The notes under the pieces were generated by a model. The model saw only the letters and a list, made by a program, of their open reading frames with translations, did not search any database and was not told the origin of the DNA. Both the position numbers and the translations under genes were made by a program. Positions 32,620-38,063 of a stretch of DNA of 38,435 bases are shown here, in pieces. The DNA is from a virus. The stretch spans positions 1-38,435 of IMG/VR virus record IMGVR_UViG_3300024344_000047; one strand, given 5' to 3'. How positions within the stretch are numbered: the stretch's first letter is position 1; each line of letters opens with the position of its first letter.

Positions 32620-34938
32620 CTAGACTACCAGAGGCGTGCTGGGGTAATCCCCCTGCTTCTGTCCGTTGGATCGGGGGCGGTTGCCCGTGCTGGCGTACCG
32701 TGCGGGTGAGGGCACATACCCGGCGGGGGTACCGCCGGTTGCGGTGGCCGTTATTGCGGCTGTGCCCGTCAGGCTGGACGCTGCTTTGCGGACCGCTCGA
32801 CCGCTTGCGGTCAACGTAGCACTTCCCGCAAATAGCAGTATGCCTTGCGCCTTGCGTGAACGCTGACCGGTGGCCGTGAGCGTTGCTGTGGCAGATAGTG
32901 CTACAGCCCCGTTGCGCTTCAGGACACCGGCAGCGGTCAGCGTAGCACTAGCAGAAAGTGATGATGACCCTACCCGTGCGCCTACCTTGCCCGTGGCCGT
33001 CAGCGTTGCTGTAGCGGATAGGGTAGAAGCGCCCTTACGCACGGGGCGGCCCGTGGCCGCCAGCACGGACCCCGCTTGGAGAGATACCGCACCGTTGCGC
33101 TTGGGAGACCCGGTAGCAGAGAGCGTGCCCGTGCCGGTTAAAACAAGAGCACCCTTGCGTATTGCGTGGCCGGAGACTGTAAGGGTGGTGCTGGCAGTAA
33201 GGGACGCAGCGCCCTGCTGAGAACCCTTGTTACCTGTGGCGGATAGTGTCGCCGTTCCCGTTAAAGCAATACCGCCCTTGCGTATTGCGTGGCCGGACGC
33301 CGTTAGGCTGGCCGCTGCTGCTAGTGATACGGAACCCTGCTGTGCTCCCTTGTTGCCCGTGGCCGTGAGTGTCGCCGTTGCAGAGAGGGCGGATGCTCCC
33401 TTGCGTACCGGATGACCGGCGGCCGTAAGCACCGCCGTGGCGGTTAGGGTGGACGATCCCTGCTTGGCTGCCTTGTTGCCAGCCGCCGTGAGAGTGGCCG
33501 TGGCGGCAAGGGTTGAGGCGCCCTTGCGTACTAGGTGCCCTGCGGCCGTTATTGTGGCCGTGGCGTTTAGGGTGGACGCTCCCTGCTGGGCACCCTTCTG
33601 CCCTGTTGCCGTAATTGTTCCGCTAGCGGAAAGATTAGAGGCGCCCTTGCGTACTACGTGACCGGCGGCGGTTAGAGTGGCTGTAGCTGATAGAGCTGCT
33701 GCCCCGGTCCGTGGCCCGCCTCCCCCGCCCGTAGAGGTGGGGATGATGAGTGTGGTGAGGTTGCCCCACGCACTAGTGGATGTTGAAGTAACGGTGCCCG
33801 CATCATACGTGGCGCCACCGGGTAGGGCGGGAACGGACGCTAGAGCGACCGTCATCCCCCACCAGCCGGTGGTGGAGAATTCGCCGTCGAACAGTTCCTT
33901 GAACCCGGCATCCCCGGAATGAGACCACGTGTGCGTCGCTGTTTGGTTTTCCGACATTATGAGGATGGCGTTGCCGTCCACGGCCGTGGTGATGTCCGGG
34001 AGGTTGTATGTACTGGCGCTTGACGCTGCGCCACCACCCCACTGCACCGTTGCGCCCATGTCGGCGGCGGTATCTCGGATAGTGCAGATACCGGGAGGAT
34101 CGTTGCCCGTTACAGTGAACCCCATGTTAGGGGAGGCTTTGGTCGCCACGTAGGCTTTGATACGGGCCGAGCCTTCATTGTTGATTTGTTCACCGATCAG
34201 CGTCCAATCCCCGGCTATGTCCGGAGCGAACCCACCACCGTGGATGCCGACCACGACCAACGCACCGCCGGTACCGGCCGGGGTAGGAGCCGTCAGCGCC
34301 GTGTCGCCGTAAGCGTACTTTGTGAACGCAGAGGTAATCGGTGACGGCTTCAACGCCATAGCCGAGACGCAGATCCCGTTCGTCCACGACATCGTGGTAG
34401 CACCAGCGGTCGCCATGTCCCTGAACGACGCACCGGTGTCGATCGAGTCGCCGGTCACGACCGCTATCTGTGTCTGGCCTGCCCCGGCCGACAACGGCAT
34501 CTCGGGAGCTGCCCGTGCAATGTCGATGACTCGGGCACCGTCCGTCACCGTCGTGATGTTCACCGACGACGAGTTAGCCCCGACCGCTACCGCATCATCT
34601 GGTGCGACCTGATCCACGCCCGCAACGCTGTAGGCTATCGCCGCAACAAACTGGGCGGACCCAGCGTACGTCACGACCACCGACTGTGCGCCTCTGGGCG
34701 GGTTCACGAGCCGGAACTGGCGACAGAACGGGCCGGTTCCTTGCTCGTTTTCGGCGGTCATCGCAACGCCGCCCCACGTCACTGAACTGATTGACTGATT
34801 CGCTGTAGAGCAATCAACAATCGCTACAACGTCATCTCCGCCGACCGGGCACGCTGCCGCCGCCGTCGTGAACGTGAGCGACGAAATCTGAGTACCGGTA
34901 GCGGTAGTCGCCGCCGTGTAATGGTTGGAGATGGTCAC
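32620..34938 (-). CDS. Repeat-rich 772-aa protein (putative fibre/decoration or receptor-binding protein)
   Basis: GTG start after ggggtagg. About 400 aa of beta-rich N-terminal sequence, a Gly5 linker, then 16 tandem 20-22-aa units of type G-x-S-x-L-x-A-T-A-T-L-T-A-x-G-x-x-x-R-K. Confidence 0.7.
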   Translation of the reverse strand: MTISNHYTAATTATGTQISSLTFTTAAAACPVGGDDVVAIVDCSTANQSISSVTWGGVAMTAENEQGTGPFCRQFRLVNPPRGAQSVVVTYAGSAQFVAAIAYSVAGVDQVAPDDAVAVGANSSSVNITTVTDGARVIDIARAAPEMPLSAGAGQTQIAVVTGDSIDTGASFRDMATAGATTMSWTNGICVSAMALKPSPITSAFTKYAYGDTALTAPTPAGTGGALVVVGIHGGGFAPDIAGDWTLIGEQINNEGSARIKAYVATKASPNMGFTVTGNDPPGICTIRDTAADMGATVQWGGGAASSASTYNLPDITTAVDGNAILIMSENQTATHTWSHSGDAGFKELFDGEFSTTGWWGMTVALASVPALPGGATYDAGTVTSTSTSAWGNLTTLIIPTSTGGGGGPRTGAAALSATATLTAAGHVVRKGASNLSASGTITATGQKGAQQGASTLNATATITAAGHLVRKGASTLAATATLTAAGNKAAKQGSSTLTATAVLTAAGHPVRKGASALSATATLTATGNKGAQQGSVSLAAAASLTASGHAIRKGGIALTGTATLSATGNKGSQQGAASLTASTTLTVSGHAIRKGALVLTGTGTLSATGSPKRNGAVSLQAGSVLAATGRPVRKGASTLSATATLTATGKVGARVGSSSLSASATLTAAGVLKRNGAVALSATATLTATGQRSRKAQGILLFAGSATLTASGRAVRKAASSLTGTAAITATATGGTPAGYVPSPARYASTGNRPRSNGQKQGDYPSTPLVV
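32734..33708 (-). repeat. 16 tandem coding repeats of 60-66 nt (20-22 aa), with alternating sub-types in the N-terminal part
   Basis: Residues about 411-735. Over roughly the first nine units the units alternate between ...AAGH(V/L/P/A)(V/I)RK and ...A(A/T)G(N/Q)K(G/A)(A/S)(Q/K)Q endings, giving a roughly 41-aa super-repeat; later units have more varied endings. The antisense strand is open in several frames for the same reason. Confidence 0.85.
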
Positions 34939-34953
34939 TGGGACCTACCCCTG

Positions 34954-35334
34954 CTAGTCAAACGTTAGAGCAAGGGATGCCGCAGGAAGCTGGAAGTCGT
35001 CTCCCGCAGTCATTGACACCGTAGAGGTGAGTGCTCCGTAGAACAGTGGGTTTCCTAGCGTGGCCGCATCCCAGATCGAGATATGGCTATAGACCTCGGT
35101 GGTAGAAACGGACAGCCACTCAATCAGCGCATCGTTGTCCGTGGTGCCCGCAGCCGCAGCAGCAAACGATCCGGTAACCTTCCGGGTCGCCTCAACAGCC
35201 GGGAACCCGGTAGCGTCCTCGCCCGGGTCGCCAATGTGAAGCTTCACATACACGTTAGTAGGAGCCGTGTAGGCAGTGGTACCTAGAGCGTGGTCAAGAA
35301 GCTTGTTTTCTAGGTAGTTAGTCATTGCGACCAT
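34954..35334 (-). CDS. First gene of the minus arm: small conserved phage protein, 126 aa
   Basis: The pattern NYLENKLLDHALG...YVKLHIGDPGEDATG ... ISIWDAATLGNPLFYGAL ... GDDFQLPAASLALTFD recalls a widespread small phage family that is often unannotated or labelled fibre-associated. This is from memory only. Confidence 0.55.
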   Translation of the reverse strand: MVAMTNYLENKLLDHALGTTAYTAPTNVYVKLHIGDPGEDATGFPAVEATRKVTGSFAAAAAGTTDNDALIEWLSVSTTEVYSHISIWDAATLGNPLFYGALTSTVSMTAGDDFQLPAASLALTFD

Positions 35335-35453
35335 GGGGGAGAGATCCTTCGTTCGGGGCTATGCACATGGTATCTCACAAGCTGCATCTCTGGTCGAGAT
35401 GCTTTCACTTCATATATCCCATGAACCGGAAATGTGTGCAGTTAGATGTGGGG

Positions 35454-35482
35454 GTCGTAGCACAAAATTATTGATTTGTCAA
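35454..35482 (-). promoter_or_regulatory. Candidate promoter for the minus (virion) arm
   Basis: The minus strand reads TTGACA-aatcaataattttgtgc-TACGAC. The 17-nt spacer ends in TGTGC, as in the plus-strand candidates. It lies about 120 nt upstream of the ATG at 35334. Confidence 0.4.
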
Positions 35483-35510
35483 GGGGGGGCATACCCCCCG
35501 GGGGTACCCC
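35483..35510. promoter_or_regulatory. G7-CATA-C6-G5-TA-C4 homopolymer/palindrome element
   Basis: gggggggcataccccccgggggtacccc. The G7/C6 runs can form a hairpin, and GGGGTACCCC is a perfect 10-nt palindrome. It directly abuts the -35 of the minus-arm promoter candidate. Confidence 0.35.
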
Positions 35511-35583
35511 GTTACAATCGTGTTACAAAGGTTGACTTCTGACGGGAAGTATGATAGGGCGCCCTTATGTTACAATTGTTACG
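35511..35583. promoter_or_regulatory. Two pairs of GTTACAA boxes (possible operator sites)
   Basis: GTTACAA at 35511, 35522 and 35569, and GTTACG at 35578. Spacings within pairs are 11 and 9 nt. The boxes lie between the divergent promoter candidates. Confidence 0.3.
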
Positions 35584-35598
35584 AGTTGATTACAGGGC

Positions 35599-35627
35599 TT
35601 GTGTTCGAGCGCAGACTATGCTAGCAC
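35599..35627 (+). promoter_or_regulatory. Candidate plus-arm promoter P1
   Basis: TTGTGT-tcgagcgcagactatgc-TAGCAC (17-nt spacer ending TGC). Confidence 0.3.
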
Positions 35628-35664
35628 CCGCAGGCCTACGAAGAGTAGCAATCCTCTACCCGAC

Positions 35665-35693
35665 TTGACAGGAAGCTCAGTATGTGCTAGCGG
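35665..35693 (+). promoter_or_regulatory. Candidate plus-arm promoter P2
   Basis: TTGACA-ggaagctcagtatgtgc-TAGCGG. A GCCTACG box lies 23 nt upstream of cTTGACA. Confidence 0.4.
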
Positions 35694-35773
35694 AACTGGA
35701 GCGCCGACCGGTCCCCGACCCGAAGTGTGCTAGCGCCACCATGCCTACGGTGCGAAGTAATCCTCCGCCTGGC

Positions 35774-35802
35774 TTGACATCAAGCGCGAAGTGTGCTAGT
35801 CG
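35774..35802 (+). promoter_or_regulatory. Candidate plus-arm promoter P3
   Basis: TTGACA-tcaagcgcgaagtgtgc-TAGTCG. A GCCTACG box lies 23 nt upstream of cTTGACA. Confidence 0.4.
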
Positions 35803-35969
35803 GCGCATGTTCCAATCTGATTACAGTTTGGCGCTGGGTGTTGCTTTCCTAGCACCCTTATATAGATTTATCGGTGTCGGGCCACATATCGCCCAGCGGA
35901 TGAACCTTGACAATTGAAGAGATGAGATCCCGTAGGCATCAGCCTACGGACATTAAACAAACAAATACC

Positions 35970-35998
35970 TTGACATAACCCCACATCAGTGCAGAACG
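35970..35998 (+). promoter_or_regulatory. Candidate plus-arm promoter P5 (closest to the first early gene)
   Basis: TTGACA-taaccccacatcagtgc-AGAACG. A GCCTACG box lies 20 nt upstream. The -10 is poorer than in P2 and P3. Confidence 0.3.
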
Positions 35999-36159
35999 GC
36001 CGTAACGGCCACAGGACCTCCCTAAGGTCCTTGGTAGCTGATTGGTAGCTTCCCTAGGGAAGTGCAGAAAGGGGACGTCATCGGCCAGCGGAGCAAGTCC
36101 TAGCGCCTCACAAGCGCACTGGCCACGATCATCTAACCATCAACAGAAAGCGAATATCA

Positions 36160-36492
36160 ATGAAAGACATCACACGGACCACGCACAACCTCACGGACTC
36201 ATCAGTAACAGTGGGCAGCACTGAGCATGCACCGAGTGAGGACCTACCCGGAGGTCTAACGGTACATGAGCTACGCCTCCAATCTGGCGCCCTATGGGTG
36301 TTGGCCGCACGGTACGCAGGTTCCAATCCCTTCACTGCACGCGACGTATTTGTCACAAGCACAGCAGAAAGCTGCTTGCGTCTCCAAGACGGGACGCTGG
36401 CTATCGAATTCAGAGACCAGCACGGCGCAAGGACCAGCGTCTACCTACCGGCGGGAACAGAGGAACAGATCGCCAACGCCATAGACATCTAG
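36160..36492 (+). CDS. First early hypothetical protein, 110 aa
   Basis: First sizeable plus-strand ORF after the promoter region. No motif recognised. Confidence 0.55.
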   Translation: MKDITRTTHNLTDSSVTVGSTEHAPSEDLPGGLTVHELRLQSGALWVLAARYAGSNPFTARDVFVTSTAESCLRLQDGTLAIEFRDQHGARTSVYLPAGTEEQIANAIDI

Positions 36493-36508
36493 CCGGGGGC
36501 AGTAGGCA

Positions 36509-36532
36509 GGGCGCCCGCACCAGCGGGCGCCT
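36509..36532 (+). promoter_or_regulatory. GC-rich hairpin after the first early gene (no T-tract)
   Basis: gggcgcccgc-acca-gcgggcgcct: 9 bp plus a G-T wobble, followed by cacctagtgc. It may be an attenuator or RNA-stability element rather than a canonical terminator. Confidence 0.35.
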
Positions 36533-36556
36533 CACCTAGTGCAACTAGCACTCAAC

Positions 36557-36573
36557 AGAGAGAGAGAGAGAGA
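36557..36573 (+). repeat. (AG)8A dinucleotide microsatellite
   Basis: agagagagagagagaga ends 4 nt upstream of the GTG at 36578. Confidence 0.9.
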
Positions 36574-36577
36574 AACA

Positions 36578-36745
36578 GTGAAGAACCAGCGACGATACAG
36601 CTACCGGATCTGGCGACGGGACGGTAGTCTTGCCATCAGCGGAATGCTTACTACCGGACTCAAGCCTAGAGATATTCGCATATTGCTAGCTATTGAGAAT
36701 AGCGCCCAACTGTCCAATGTCGAGATCCAAAGGATAAAGCGATGA
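36578..36745 (+). CDS. Small basic early protein, 55 aa from GTG 36578 (track ORF starts at GTG 36539)
   Basis: The purine tract upstream can serve as a Shine-Dalgarno-like element. The stop overlaps the next ATG (ATGA). Confidence 0.45.
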   Translation: MKNQRRYSYRIWRRDGSLAISGMLTTGLKPRDIRILLAIENSAQLSNVEIQRIKR

Positions 36746-37422
36746 CCTTCCTACTACCTACTAGTTCCGCTAGCGGACGGAGTGCACGCCAGCGTGCCAT
36801 CAGCCGCTCAGTGTCCCTACTGCCCTCTACCGATGTCATGCTAGACAACGTACTCACAGCGCTAGCTAACGCCACTCCGGATGAGTGCAAGGAAGGCTTA
36901 GGTTGGTACCCGCAGGCTAATTCTCATGCTGTGGAATTAGCCGAAGCCTACGGACTAACTGTCTCACAAGGTGCCGGGGTCATTGCCGCACTATCACCTC
37001 AGACCGGTTGGGGTGAGAACATTAGGCTGGCACACGAAGCATGCATTGACGCTGCTCAAGGATTGTCCGCTAGCGGGCACTTTGACGACGCTTGCCAGAA
37101 GGTAGATCTCATTATGAGCGGGGCGGACCCCGCCGACGTACTAGGTGGGCGCAAGGTCCGCAGCTTCTACGCTAATATCTTGCGGCCATTGCAAGCGGGA
37201 CCCGTAACGGTAGATAGACACGCTATTGCTCTACTGTGCGGCGCTCCACTGGACCCACTAGACCGGTCGCTTGAGCGAGTAGGTGTCTATCAACGGGGCG
37301 CCAGCGTATTCCGTACCGTCGCCCGTCGGTGCGACCTACTAGGCCATGAGGTACAGGCAATCTGCTGGATCCATTGGCGCAACCTGACCGGCGCCAACCT
37401 CTACGACGGGGAGCAATTCTAA
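36742..37422 (+). CDS. Conserved phage protein (DUF7178-like), function unknown, 226 aa
   Basis: The pattern GLGWYPQANSHAVELAEAYGL ... GAGVIAALSPQTGWGENIRLA ... GGRKVRSFYANILRP ... VTVDRHA recalls a family common in actinophages. This is from memory only. Confidence 0.6.
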   Translation: MTFLLPTSSASGRSARQRAISRSVSLLPSTDVMLDNVLTALANATPDECKEGLGWYPQANSHAVELAEAYGLTVSQGAGVIAALSPQTGWGENIRLAHEACIDAAQGLSASGHFDDACQKVDLIMSGADPADVLGGRKVRSFYANILRPLQAGPVTVDRHAIALLCGAPLDPLDRSLERVGVYQRGASVFRTVARRCDLLGHEVQAICWIHWRNLTGANLYDGEQF

Positions 37423-37487
37423 TGAGGGTGACGCTACGGACCACTACGATTACATCTATTCATATCAACCTGAAGGAGCAATTCTAA
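37422..37487 (+). CDS. 21-codon mini-ORF (MRVTLRTTTITSIHINLKEQF), an internally deleted copy of the next ORF
   Basis: TAATG overlaps at both ends. It is made of the first 8 and the last ~11 codons of ORF 37487..37639. Confidence 0.3.
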   Translation: MRVTLRTTTITSIHINLKEQF

Positions 37488-37639
37488 TGAGGGTAACGCT
37501 ACGGACCACCGATGAAACAACCTATGCCATATCGTCGGACCACCAAACATATCAACAACTAATTGAGCTACTGAGTGAGGCGGCCGACGCCGACAACGCT
37601 ACGATTACATCTATTCATATCAACCTGAAGGAAGGGTAA
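37487..37639 (+). CDS. Small hypothetical protein, 50 aa (MRVTLRTTDETTYAISSDHQTYQQLIELLSEAADADNATITSIHINLKEG)
   Basis: Hand-translated. TAATG overlap upstream. The stop lies 2 nt before the next ATG. Confidence 0.45.
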   Translation: MRVTLRTTDETTYAISSDHQTYQQLIELLSEAADADNATITSIHINLKEG

Positions 37640-37641
37640 CA

Positions 37642-37839
37642 ATGGAAAGCTACACGGTACGAGGTGCCTACGGGCGAACATATACGTCCAAAGCTGCTGT
37701 CCTCAAGGACTGGAAGGCAGGTCTCGACTTCAAGATTGTTGATGGTCCTTACCTCAACATTGCTGACGCCGCAGCTAATCTGCTGTTCATCACGGTACGC
37801 TACGCCAACGACACCAAGAGCATGAGAGTAGGCTACTAA
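37642..37839 (+). CDS. Hypothetical protein, 65 aa
   Basis: ATG after gaagggtaac. The stop overlaps the next start (TAATG). Confidence 0.5.
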   Translation: MESYTVRGAYGRTYTSKAAVLKDWKAGLDFKIVDGPYLNIADAAANLLFITVRYANDTKSMRVGY

Positions 37840-38063
37840 TGAGCAGCACTTACCAACGTTACATCAACGCCTCACGCTTCTACCTACCGCCCGACGGCGG
37901 TTGGCCGGAGCGAGACCGGTCTCATGACGGCGACGGATTCCCCCGCTGCGAGGATTGTCACGAACCCTACGACGAAGACGAAGCCGACGAACGCTACGAC
38001 GGTCTATGCATATACTGCGCCGGTGATGTCCACCGGGCCGAACGCTACACCGAACGGTACTAA
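37839..38063 (+). CDS. Small zinc-ribbon-like acidic protein, 74 aa
   Basis: CEDC ... CIYC (two CxxC pairs) separated by an acidic stretch. Confidence 0.5.
   Translation: MSSTYQRYINASRFYLPPDGGWPERDRSHDGDGFPRCEDCHEPYDEDEADERYDGLCIYCAGDVHRAERYTERY

Noticed and set aside
32666-33922. A series of plus-strand ORFs (32870..33220, 33227..33415, 33437..33661, 33677..33922) antisense to the 772-aa gene
   Set aside because: These are mirror images of the tandem coding repeats, translating as Ala/Val/Pro-rich periodic strings. They are broken into pieces, whereas the minus frame is continuous and starts after an SD-like ggggtagg.
35448-35505. G-quadruplex potential from the G5, G7 and G5 runs
   Set aside because: Only three separated G-runs are present, unless the G7 run is split, and one loop would be about 30 nt. 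The hairpin and palindrome interpretation with the adjacent C-runs is simpler.
35613-35832. Whether the spaced TGCTAG repeats form a mini-CRISPR array or solitary CRISPR-like repeat units
   Set aside because: The conserved core is only ~8-10 nt, and spacing alternates 66 and 43 nt as part of a 109-nt duplication. The sequence between the boxes is itself homologous between units. That is the opposite of a repeat-unique-spacer structure, and no cas genes are present.
35940-36160. A possible tRNA or tmRNA-like gene in the long untranslated stretch before the first early gene
   Set aside because: I found no GTTCGAATC-type T-loop, no D-loop GG motif at the proper spacing and no acceptor-stem complementarity. 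The hairpins are simple palindromes.
35333-36224. Track ORFs in the control region (35333..35542, 35684..35917, 36042..36224, all plus strand)
   Set aside because: They run across the promoter-like repeats, homopolymer block and palindromes. They lack SD sequences, and one starts at TTG. Their translations are compositionally odd. The region is better explained as regulatory DNA or leader RNA. I cannot exclude a small peptide without expression data.
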